From positions 160,001 to 224,000 of the IMG/VR virus record IMGVR_UViG_3300037722_000745: a stretch of 64,000 nucleotides of DNA, one strand, 5' to 3'. The notes under the pieces were generated by a model, which was given only the letters and a program-made list of their open reading frames with translations, was not told the DNA's origin and made no database searches. Numbering within the stretch: the stretch's first letter is position 1; each line of letters begins with the position of its first letter. The DNA is from a virus (taxonomy: Duplodnaviria > Caudoviricetes). Position numbers and translations under genes: made by a program. Positions 29,482 to 37,860 of the stretch are shown here, one piece after another.

Positions 29482-30414
29482 TCAGAAACTAACCCCGCCG
29501 TCCTCTACACCACGAATTCGGTCCTTAGCGATCTTTGTCTTGGTGCTTTTGGACATTGCCTTAGCACCCTCCGGACACAAAGAGAGATACCGACAGAGCT
29601 TGCAATGTGAGCCTGTGTTAGCCCAAAAAACTCTCTCCGGATTGACACTAGAATCGGACTCTTTCTGGAGCCTAAGCTCCACCCATTCTTCCTTATCTCG
29701 CTCGATCTCTTTCAGAGTTGAGAGAACCGCTCTCAAGAGATCCTCCAACTCCGACTCTGTGGTCTCAAACCAATCCATACTCTCCGCAGGATCGTACCGC
29801 CAGTACAGGAAGCCAAGACGATCCGGAATGACCCCATACCTGAGCCAATACAGCATGGCGTACCACCGGAGCTGGCGTTCATTTACATACTGGCCTCTCC
29901 ACCTAGACCCCTTACCGTCGACAATGACCAAGTCCTTATGAGGAGGGATCCGGGTCATCACAAAATCAGCCCTCCCGCCGATCTTGAACCCATCCACCAC
30001 AGTATCGAGCACCACCTCAGCCTCAGCATCCAGAGAAATTAGGCTGTGGTGCCTGATGCTTCTGAGCCCACGCGGAATGGTTTCCTTTACCTCAACCTCC
30101 ACCTCATCCACCGATCGATTGCCCGGTTTGAGACCAGACTCCCCCCAATCAAAGACCCCTCCCTTCTCGGACTCTTTGATCATCACCCGTGTGAGAGTCG
30201 AACGAACCATCTGCAGCAGATTGAGCCCTACAACCTTACTGTCCCACATTTGATCTGCGTAGAACCTCTCAAAGAGCTTCCCTACAGTCTCTCCATAGAG
30301 CATGTGGGCTCGATTGTCTGGCTTAGGCGCAGGGGTTTTAGCTATGTACTGATGGTAGTGCTCTCGAGGACACTCATCCCTGACCTTGTACCCTGAGTAG
30401 GAGATGTACATCAC
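29482..30414 (-). CDS. PD-(D/E)XK (RecB/Cas4-like) exonuclease
   Basis: ISYS..CP, GRAD, IVDGK, QL.WY, C-terminal CKLCRYLSLCP (4-Cys cluster). Confidence 0.8.
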   Translation of the reverse strand: MMYISYSGYKVRDECPREHYHQYIAKTPAPKPDNRAHMLYGETVGKLFERFYADQMWDSKVVGLNLLQMVRSTLTRVMIKESEKGGVFDWGESGLKPGNRSVDEVEVEVKETIPRGLRSIRHHSLISLDAEAEVVLDTVVDGFKIGGRADFVMTRIPPHKDLVIVDGKGSRWRGQYVNERQLRWYAMLYWLRYGVIPDRLGFLYWRYDPAESMDWFETTESELEDLLRAVLSTLKEIERDKEEWVELRLQKESDSSVNPERVFWANTGSHCKLCRYLSLCPEGAKAMSKSTKTKIAKDRIRGVEDGGVSF

Positions 30415-31442
30415 GACTCCCGAGCCTTGCTTAGGTACTCCATAGCCAGATCTCGAACGTCAGCAGCGAAATCTAGCTTCTGAATGTTCGTCTCGATCGT
30501 CGACTCAGGGTCTAGCAGCACGTCTTGCTGGAGATGTTCTATGAAAGCGTCGATGCTTCTACTCTCATGTTCCACTCGCTCTTTTCGTTCAAGATCGAAC
30601 ACCTCCTCAGGTGGCGCCACAACCAAGGGCAACACAGTGCAAGTGATCGAGTCCGGCTCAAACTCCAAAAGAGATACCTGAGGGGTTCGCGTGATGTTCT
30701 CGTGGATCAGCGCGCCACGAGACACTGCTCCCTGGTTGACGAAATGCTTACCCCCCACTTGGACAATCCCTTGATCCCGGTGCCAGTGCCCGAACAACCA
30801 CACGTCCGGACCCTCCCGCGTTACCAAGTCGTCGTACTTGAAGACAGGTTCTCCGAAGAAATCCTCAACCTTAGAGGGCGGGTTCTCTGATGCCAACGCG
30901 TGAACAACCGCCACGAGATGATCATCCCCTGGTTGCTTTTGAATGGCGAGCAGCTCGTCTAGCGTACGCCGCGGGTGGTACGGGACCCCAACAACACGAA
31001 CCTGCATACCTCCATCAGTGAAGACGGAGTCCCTCAAGTGTTGGAAGATCCCTGCCGCATACAACACCCCCAAGGGCTGACGCTCCAGACTGTCTAAGTT
31101 GTTGTATGTGATGTCATGGTTCCCCTCGACACAATAGGTGTCACACGGGTATCTCCGATGGATCTCAGCCGTCCGGTAAATCAACCCGTGGCTATTACGA
31201 GATGCAGCCTTCACGTGGAAGTAGTCCCCACCGTCAAGCACGGCAGCGGCCCTATACCGTGCCGCCATCTGACCGATTTGCTCCAAGCTAGACCAAATCT
31301 CAGCAGGGTAATCGCCTTTCCAGGACGCCGGACCTCGATCCGCCACATGGGTGTCCGTTCGAAAGATGAAAGCAACCCTAGACATGTTCATGTGCCTCGT
31401 AGAGAGCCCTGTTACACGTGGGGCATACCCCAAGGACCCCAA
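30411..31442 (-). CDS. sbcD: SbcD/Mre11 metallophosphoesterase nuclease
   Basis: DTH, DGGDYFH, GNHD, FGHWH; probable start near 31391. Confidence 0.85.
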   Translation of the reverse strand: MGSLGYAPRVTGLSTRHMNMSRVAFIFRTDTHVADRGPASWKGDYPAEIWSSLEQIGQMAARYRAAAVLDGGDYFHVKAASRNSHGLIYRTAEIHRRYPCDTYCVEGNHDITYNNLDSLERQPLGVLYAAGIFQHLRDSVFTDGGMQVRVVGVPYHPRRTLDELLAIQKQPGDDHLVAVVHALASENPPSKVEDFFGEPVFKYDDLVTREGPDVWLFGHWHRDQGIVQVGGKHFVNQGAVSRGALIHENITRTPQVSLLEFEPDSITCTVLPLVVAPPEEVFDLERKERVEHESRSIDAFIEHLQQDVLLDPESTIETNIQKLDFAADVRDLAMEYLSKARES

Positions 31443-32592
31443 ACTCCCTCAAAGCCTCGTCTGCATCCCGTTCAGCCGCAGACAATTCACCCTCCAATCG
31501 ATTCACAATTTGAAGCATTCTCAGTAAGCACTGCTCCCAAGCCGAAAGACGGCCGTACTTACTTTCAGCTGCTCCCAACGGATCCAACGCTGGAGCTTCA
31601 ACGTCCTGAGACTTCTGCATCCGTTCAAAAAATGCCTTCAGGAATCTCAGTCTCATGGACCATGCCGCCAAGGTCCGGTACTTCTCTTCCAACAGCGTAG
31701 AGCTAGCTGGAGAAGGAACGGCTATCTCCTCCACCTTAGACAGGGCTTCCACACCTCGGGTTTTCCCTGCCAACGCCTCAGCAAAAGACCTAAGAGACAG
31801 GTATGTCTCCCCACTGCTCTGTAGAGCGGAGATCTCTGGGACCTCTACACTCTCAACCGAAGACAGGTCTTTCACACACTTAGCGACGCTCAACAGAATC
31901 CCTAAGTACCGATCCAGACGTTCTACTTCTACCTCTGCTTCATAAGCTTGGCGCCCCAAATCTTCAACGCTACCAACCCTGGACACAACCTCGTCAAGTC
32001 CTTCATACGTCTCCAATGAGATCCTAAGATCCCGAACGTCCTGCTCTCTGACTTTCCGTAGAGAAGCGGTGCTCTTTCGGTCCTTCTCGACCAAACGCAT
32101 GGCGGTGTTGATTTGGTCCAGCTTAGCCACATCGGACAGGACGTCCGCTACCACAGTACCCGATTGATCCAAGATGAAAATTGGATGGAACTGGTCAGAT
32201 ACTTGAAGGACCTCCTTGTTGGTGCCCAACTTAACCGGACCGAAGGCGCTCTCTAGGAACTCCGGAGTACCTCTACCGGCCACTGTGTACTCGGAGCCAT
32301 TGAACACGTACCGATTGACAGAGTCCCCCTTCTCCCAAAGCAGATCAAAATCCTTGGCCTGGATGTGCACCGAACAGAAGCACTGACACGACTTGTTACC
32401 CTTCAACGCTCGTGGGCAATCCTGCTTGTGTCTAACACAGGGATCCGCAGGAGGACCTGTCAACGCCGCCTTGATGGCCCTAACCACCGCACTCTTACCG
32501 ATATTGGACTTCCCAACGACGGTAGAAAAACCATCGATCTCCACGACCTGATGGTCGATGGACTGGAAGTCTTTGATCTCTACACGGACCAT
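31378..32592 (-). CDS. SbcC/Rad50-like ABC ATPase, N-terminal half ending at the Zn hook
   Basis: IKDFQSI, Walker A GKSNIGKS, Q-loop, coiled coil, terminal CPTC. Confidence 0.82.
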   Translation of the reverse strand: MVRVEIKDFQSIDHQVVEIDGFSTVVGKSNIGKSAVVRAIKAALTGPPADPCVRHKQDCPRALKGNKSCQCFCSVHIQAKDFDLLWEKGDSVNRYVFNGSEYTVAGRGTPEFLESAFGPVKLGTNKEVLQVSDQFHPIFILDQSGTVVADVLSDVAKLDQINTAMRLVEKDRKSTASLRKVREQDVRDLRISLETYEGLDEVVSRVGSVEDLGRQAYEAEVEVERLDRYLGILLSVAKCVKDLSSVESVEVPEISALQSSGETYLSLRSFAEALAGKTRGVEALSKVEEIAVPSPASSTLLEEKYRTLAAWSMRLRFLKAFFERMQKSQDVEAPALDPLGAAESKYGRLSAWEQCLLRMLQIVNRLEGELSAAERDADEALREFGVLGVCPTCNRALYEAHEHV

Positions 32593-33887
32593 CAGGCTTC
32601 CGAAGCGGCCTCACCACTGGAAGAAGCCTCATCTTCTCCCTCACTGAGGGCCTCCGTCACTTCATCTTCGAGTCCTTCTAGGTCATCATCCACACTGTCG
32701 CCCTCGAGATCATATCCCTCCAACAACTCATCTTCCTCTTCCAACTCAATGGGCCCATCCACTGCGGAGGCGTTCACGGCTTGGACCAACTTGTCCCTCA
32801 GAGCCGTGTAGATCTTGTGGTTCTCCACTAGAAAGGCACGAAATTTTTCCTTGCCTTGAAAGCGGTGTTCCCCGATAGAGTAATAAGCCCCCTCTTTCTT
32901 GATCAACTTCTGGGCCACCCCTGTTTCAATCAGAGAGAAATGGTCGTCTATACCAGCTCCGTAGCGGATGAACACCTGCGCCGAATGCCCTTGCTTGGCA
33001 TCGATCTTAGACTTGACGACCTTGACGTCCGTCACATTCCCGTAAGGGAAGCGGCGCTTCCTGCCCGTCATCGGATCCTTGCGCTCGATGAACTCGGACT
33101 TGATGCGCTGCATCCGCAGCCGCAGGTAGGCGTAGAACTTCAGCGCCTTGCCGCCACTCGTGGTTTCGTTGTCACGCCCCGAACCTCCGATAAGCGCTCG
33201 AGTCTGGTTGACGAACACTAAGGTCGTACCTGGATGCGTAGGGTCTGGCTTCTCCTTGTTGTTGGGGTCCTTCGGGAACTTGAGAAGCCACATGGCGAAC
33301 TTGGGCAGCGCTCTCGAAAATTGACGAGCGACACCGCCAATAGCCGCCTCATCATCGAAGCCCTTGTCCAGCTCCTTTTTGGGCACCATAGCCGCAACTG
33401 AGTCGACTCCTATGATGTCAAAGCCAGCTGCCACGCCAACGAACATCATCTTGAAACCCTCCTCCATAGAGTCAGGTTGGTAGACAAGGAGCTTGTCCTC
33501 CTCGTAAGAAAGACCCAACGCCTTAGCGTAGGAATGGTCCAACGCGTGTTCATAGTCGATGAACATCGCTGCACCGCCGGCCTTCTGAGCTTGCACCATG
33601 GCTGAGATCAGCATGGTTGTCTTACCACTCGACTCGGGCCCATAGACTTCGATGATGCGACGACGAGGGAAACCTGGACAGATAGGGTTCTTACCGTCTC
33701 TCGACAAACTACCCCCGATCAGCATGTCCGTAGAAAACGATCCCGTCGACACAAAGGGAATCGTTGTAGCAGTAGGCTCCAGAGGCTTCTGTTTTGTGGA
33801 TTTCTGGATCGCAGATCGTGCCTTGGCGACCATTGCAGCTCGCGCTTCAGCTACGGGATTAACCGGTTCCTTCTTACGTGGTGGCAT
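32592..33887 (-). CDS. recA: RecA recombinase
   Basis: GPESSGKTT, FIDYEHALD, DSVAAMVP, FVNQTR, TSGGKALKFYA; acidic tail. Confidence 0.95.
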   Translation of the reverse strand: MPPRKKEPVNPVAEARAAMVAKARSAIQKSTKQKPLEPTATTIPFVSTGSFSTDMLIGGSLSRDGKNPICPGFPRRRIIEVYGPESSGKTTMLISAMVQAQKAGGAAMFIDYEHALDHSYAKALGLSYEEDKLLVYQPDSMEEGFKMMFVGVAAGFDIIGVDSVAAMVPKKELDKGFDDEAAIGGVARQFSRALPKFAMWLLKFPKDPNNKEKPDPTHPGTTLVFVNQTRALIGGSGRDNETTSGGKALKFYAYLRLRMQRIKSEFIERKDPMTGRKRRFPYGNVTDVKVVKSKIDAKQGHSAQVFIRYGAGIDDHFSLIETGVAQKLIKKEGAYYSIGEHRFQGKEKFRAFLVENHKIYTALRDKLVQAVNASAVDGPIELEEEDELLEGYDLEGDSVDDDLEGLEDEVTEALSEGEDEASSSGEAASEA

Positions 33888-34545
33888 GTCTCAACGCCTC
33901 ATGTCTGGGGAGAATTGAAAAGCGGAAGAACCGCTGGTTTTCCTTGAAAATAGCTCCTCTGTAGACGGTCTGACCCGACCTCTTGCCTTTCGTGAAGGTG
34001 TGGATCTTGGCGAAAGCTCGAAGCTCCGCAGGAGTCAAATCTGCTTCAGTCAGCTCCCCACGAAGGAACATCCAAAAACGAGCGGTGAACTTAGCGACGT
34101 GGTACCCATCAGCCTCGTCAGAACTCCACTTAGCGATCCCGGTCTCCGCCTTGGCTGCGGAAATCATGTCCGACTTGAACATCTTGCCTTTGCGGAGCTT
34201 GGGATCCTCTTTGACCATCATCTTGACCGTGCTCGGATCGAAGTACACCACGTCCTTGCGGCGGCTCCAGAGAGCTTCGTTGACCACCAGAAACAAGGCG
34301 TAGAGTCCTTCACTGAACAGTTCTCCATACGGCGGGGATTCGACCCCCACAGCCTCGATGAGCGGGTAGTGGTCCAACAACTCCACGAGCCACTGTCGGA
34401 GCAAAACGTAGCGCTCCACCCAAATCGTCTTGGAGGTCGTGGACCACCGCCCTCGAGCAACAACACGAGCGTGGTCCACGACCGACGAATTGTGAATCAG
34501 CCAGCCAAAACCTGTGAGAGAAGGATCCAGTCCTAGCGTGAACAC
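33874..34545 (-). CDS. ruvC: RuvC-like Holliday junction resolvase
   Basis: (M)FTLGLDPSLTGFG, GVESP, SDEADG. Probable GTG start at 34545; the ORF-track extension to 34572 lies inside a CRISPR repeat. Confidence 0.8.
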   Translation of the reverse strand: MFTLGLDPSLTGFGWLIHNSSVVDHARVVARGRWSTTSKTIWVERYVLLRQWLVELLDHYPLIEAVGVESPPYGELFSEGLYALFLVVNEALWSRRKDVVYFDPSTVKMMVKEDPKLRKGKMFKSDMISAAKAETGIAKWSSDEADGYHVAKFTARFWMFLRGELTEADLTPAELRAFAKIHTFTKGKRSGQTVYRGAIFKENQRFFRFSILPRHEALRHATT

Positions 34546-34553
34546 AGTTGAGC

Positions 34554-34659
34554 GTCTCGCCGCAGCGAGCAATCAGGATCGATTCCCAGAGGGCGTCAGC
34601 GAGACGCAACTCGGGTCTTCTGGGTCTCGCCTCAGCGAGCAATCAGGATCGGTTGCCAA
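34554..34659 (-). CRISPR. Orphan Cas12j-type mini-array (repeat-34 nt spacer-repeat)
   Basis: 36-bp repeats at 34624-34659 (32/36 identical) and 34554-34589 (34/36 identical) to the main array repeat; hairpin CTCGC/GCGAG intact in both. Confidence 0.93.
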
Positions 34660-34670
34660 CACTGTTTGGC

Positions 34671-35559
34671 TCACACCTGATCCAGCAGGTCGTGCAAGTT
34701 GTCCGCCGAGACGTCCTCTGCCGCAGATCCGCCAAGACCCAATTTGGCCTTGAGTTGGTCGGTGGTCACCTCCCGGAACGGAATCAGCTTGTCGTACAGG
34801 TTGATAGCCTGTCGGAGGACGGCTTGCCTGAGCTGGTCGTTCTTGAGCCAGACCGCAGGCCCGGTAAAACTCACGCTGATGTTCTGGTATTGAGGCTCTT
34901 TGCACTCCAGCTTGATGTCTTGAGAAGCCAGAGCCATGCCGTTTTCACGAAGACTGTCGTTGACCTTCCAGATGTCTTCGTAAATCCGGTTGCTGAAGCG
35001 CCACGGAAGTATGTCGAGCTTGCCCTTTTTGATCTGATCAGCGAGGGCTTCCTTGTTGATGATCTTGCCCTCGCTATCCGTCGGATAGATCAGCAACAAC
35101 GTGGTGAAGTAGGTCTTCACCTCAGGCAGCCTCTTCCAGACAGCGTCGGCCTCCGCCCCGTCTTTCCCCAACCGAGACAGCACAAACCCTAGCCCCTCCT
35201 GGTAGTGCGCCTTCATGACCTTGAAATGCGCCGTGCCGATATCGAGCTTCTCAATGCCAGTCAGCTCGTCAACGCTCTTGTCCAGGCTCTCCGCCTGCTT
35301 CTTAAGAGCGGTCGAGGCCACCTGCTTGATCTCCTCTCGGCTCAGCTTCTGATCTTTCTTCTTCGCTTCTTTGACAGCTTGGCGAACGGTATTCGCGTCT
35401 ACCGTGTGGAAATAGACAAACGCGCACCGAATCGTCTGGCCTTTTTTCGTCAGCTTAAGCCAATCGTTCGACTGTCCTCCGACGTTCTTCTCGTCGGGGG
35501 CAAGAGAAACTTCACCCTCAAAGTCATACTCTTCTGGAATATCGATATTATCACTCATC
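34671..35559 (-). CDS. Putative single-stranded DNA-binding protein (T4 gp32-like)
   Basis: WLKL..G..R, aromatic-rich OB-like core, acidic C-terminal tail ending DLLDQV; upstream of ruvC/recA. Probable start ATG 35559. Confidence 0.55.
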
Positions 35560-35632
35560 TTATGCCTCAATGTTTGGTCGCCCCAACCACTGAGTCCGTT
35601 AGACAAGGAGGTTGAGATACGACGTATCAGGT

Positions 35633-35740
35633 GACAGGCTCAGGCCGACATTGCCAGGTGGTTGTCCCACTCTTAATGGAGGTGGGCTTCCGTTGCGACT
35701 CGTTGAGGAAAGCCAAAGGGCGGGTCTCCCCAAGCCTGTC
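35633..35740 (-). ncRNA. Candidate structured RNA / ssb leader
   Basis: 5' GACAGGCT pairs with 3' AGCCTGTC, closing several internal hairpins; begins at the position predicted for +1 of the upstream GGTGTAG motif. Confidence 0.4.
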
Positions 35741-35749
35741 AAAGACCCG

Positions 35750-35757
35750 CTACACCA
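35750..35757 (-). promoter_or_regulatory. GGTGTAG motif (putative phage promoter) upstream of the ssb operon
   Basis: TGGTGTAG in intergenic DNA; overlapped by the inverted repeat GCGGGTCT/AGACCCGC (35720-35750). Confidence 0.5.
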
Positions 35758-35774
35758 GCGCAACAAGAAAATAG

Positions 35775-36623
35775 TCAGATGTCGTCCAATATCGAGAGAT
35801 CTAGATCCTCCAATATGGCGGCGTTTGACTCACCCACTACCCCTTGTGGTGGAACACCCTCAAACTCGTCCGTAGACTCTAGAAAACGTCGAACATCAGC
35901 TTCGGTCAACTTCGCCCTTTCTCTCTCGGTACCAGAAGATTTAGGGGTCTCTTTCTCGTCCGCACCTTTCTCGTCCCCAACATCAGATTCCTCAGATCCT
36001 GGTTGTTCAGACGTAGTCTCAACAGGTTCGGGCAGCTCATCATCCAACATCGACGCAAGGTCATCCGCGTTGAAATCATCGTCCAAACCCAAACCACCAC
36101 CGGGATCTCTGGGAGAACGCTGGCTCCTAGGAACGCGCTCATCACCGTAGAAAGCACCGGTTGAGATTTCAGTCTGCATGAGACGCCGCTGGTCCTTAAT
36201 CGAGGTCATCGTAGAATGCAGCTCTCGATTTCTATAGGTCACAGCTTTGAGTACAGCGTCGAGCATGTGCATCTGATCTTTGAGTTCGTTGATCCGAAGT
36301 CTCTGATCACGTAGAAAGAAACCCGCAGTTGACTTGCGATCCTCGATATTGGAAAGCGCTCGAACACGGTCGTCATTCGCCAACAGGTTGTCGTACTCAA
36401 GGGCGTATACCGCCTCCAACCGCCGCAGCTCCCCGCCAACCTTCATCTTGTCGCGATTCAATTCGGAAAGGACGAAACCGACCTTGTTGAGATAGTTCCG
36501 ACAGGTTGCAATGATGTCCTGGAAGTAGTTGGGACCCAGGCTGCCAGGGTCATTCGCTAGCTCCAGCGTGTAGGTGTCCATCTCAGCGAAGATGGCGTCC
36601 GCCCGTTCCTCGGTCAGGTCCAT
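35775..36623 (-). CDS. Coiled-coil protein, possibly UvsY-like recombination mediator
   Basis: Helical N-terminal part, acidic tail, position next to ssb/recA. Confidence 0.4.
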   Translation of the reverse strand: MDLTEERADAIFAEMDTYTLELANDPGSLGPNYFQDIIATCRNYLNKVGFVLSELNRDKMKVGGELRRLEAVYALEYDNLLANDDRVRALSNIEDRKSTAGFFLRDQRLRINELKDQMHMLDAVLKAVTYRNRELHSTMTSIKDQRRLMQTEISTGAFYGDERVPRSQRSPRDPGGGLGLDDDFNADDLASMLDDELPEPVETTSEQPGSEESDVGDEKGADEKETPKSSGTERERAKLTEADVRRFLESTDEFEGVPPQGVVGESNAAILEDLDLSILDDI

Positions 36624-36632
36624 AGCTGTCGC

Positions 36633-36640
36633 CTACACCG
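36633..36640 (-). promoter_or_regulatory. GGTGTAG motif 9 nt upstream of ATG
   Basis: CGGTGTAG-GCGACAGCT-ATG(36623). Confidence 0.55.
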
Positions 36641-36681
36641 CGGCCCGGGTGTGGTAAAGCTTCCATGCCACCTCTCTGGAT

Positions 36682-37305
36682 GTGGAGCTATCTGCCGAGA
36701 GGGTCGCAGCCCGTTACCAGCGTGCGAGCACCGACGTCGTACTGGACCGTTGGGTCGACCTATTCCTCACGGAGTTCGGGCAGGGGACGAAAATCACGGA
36801 GAAGTCCGTAGAAAGGCTCCTCCAGACCCAAGGCATATCAGCAGACGATCTAGAGCTGCTCGATGGCAACAAACAAGCCGGCGAACGTCTGCGTGCTCTT
36901 GGAGGTTGGGTTAGACGCGGCCTTTGGTACCTACTCGTTAGGCCGTTTCTGCTGATCAACAAACTCGTCCGGTCCTCAGCCTTCCGGAACGAGGTCAAAG
37001 CCGCCTTCCACCGGGAGCTGAACCGAGAAGCTCGTTCCACTCGGCACCTGATCAATGTCGCCGGGCGCCTTGCTCGGGGAGAGGCTGTCAGCCCTCATGA
37101 ACGCAAAGCCGCGTTGAAACAACTAGGCAGCCTCATGAGCAAAGCCATCCTCATCACGCTGATCAGTTCCAGCGGGGGTCCTCTCTCGAGTGGGGTGTGG
37201 GCCCCGCTTCGAGCGCTTATGGGGCCGCTGGAGGAGATCTACCTCATCCTGCTTAACCGTCCGCTCCAAGCTACCGTCAAGAAACTGCTAACGGTCCCGA
37301 TCTGA
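36682..37305 (+). CDS. Hypothetical protein (lone plus-strand gene)
   Basis: 207 aa filling an otherwise empty gap; starts with the RVAARY motif seen in late proteins. Confidence 0.65.
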   Translation: MELSAERVAARYQRASTDVVLDRWVDLFLTEFGQGTKITEKSVERLLQTQGISADDLELLDGNKQAGERLRALGGWVRRGLWYLLVRPFLLINKLVRSSAFRNEVKAAFHRELNREARSTRHLINVAGRLARGEAVSPHERKAALKQLGSLMSKAILITLISSSGGPLSSGVWAPLRALMGPLEEIYLILLNRPLQATVKKLLTVPI

Positions 37306-37860
37306 CTTCGCTAGCAAATCCTCCGTGGAAGGCCGCTGAGCTGTTGGGTCCACACCGCACACTGCAGCCAACGACCGAATCCAACGGCTAGCCCGATCTT
37401 GGTCGGAAACGGAGAGCGACTCGAACTTAGGTTCAGGTTGGACTCCCTCCACGTAGTCAAGGTATGCCAAACGAAATTCGTCCAACGTCACCAGAATCCC
37501 CAAATGCCTAAACAGAGCCGTATTGTACTCACGGAATGAACAGTGCGGTTTCAACAGGACTGCAGGATAGACCCAGTCGACCGCAGCCCCTTCCATTGGC
37601 CGAGGTGTCCCCTCGTACTCCGCCACCTGGAAAGTCACCACTTCCCGGCCAGCGAGACATGGATGGCAGAACACGCGATGCATCTTGAGGGCTTCTACAC
37701 CGATCTCCTCACGAGTCTCCCGGAGAGCCGCTTCCACGAAAGTCTCCCCAGGCTCCACGCTGCCGCCCGGCAAGCCGAAATCTAAGTGATCATCTTTGCG
37801 TGAGACCGACAAGACTTTCCCAGAATGGTAGAAAAGAATGGCTACGCCCCTGCTCGGCAT
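37288..37860 (-). CDS. NUDIX hydrolase
   Basis: Nudix box GGSVEPGETFVEAALRETREEIG. Confidence 0.9.
   Translation of the reverse strand: MPSRGVAILFYHSGKVLSVSRKDDHLDFGLPGGSVEPGETFVEAALRETREEIGVEALKMHRVFCHPCLAGREVVTFQVAEYEGTPRPMEGAAVDWVYPAVLLKPHCSFREYNTALFRHLGILVTLDEFRLAYLDYVEGVQPEPKFESLSVSDQDRASRWIRSLAAVCGVDPTAQRPSTEDLLAKSDRDR

Noticed and set aside
29482-30414. Cas4-like nuclease as the adaptation gene for the Cas12j array
   Set aside because: It sits 28 kb away within the mre11/rad50/recA block, where stand-alone RecB/Cas4-like exonucleases are common in phages; no cas1/cas2 in the window.
34546-34572. ORF-track N-terminal extension of ruvC (MLAAARRST)
   Set aside because: It is the translated CRISPR repeat; RuvC homology begins at the GTG at 34545.
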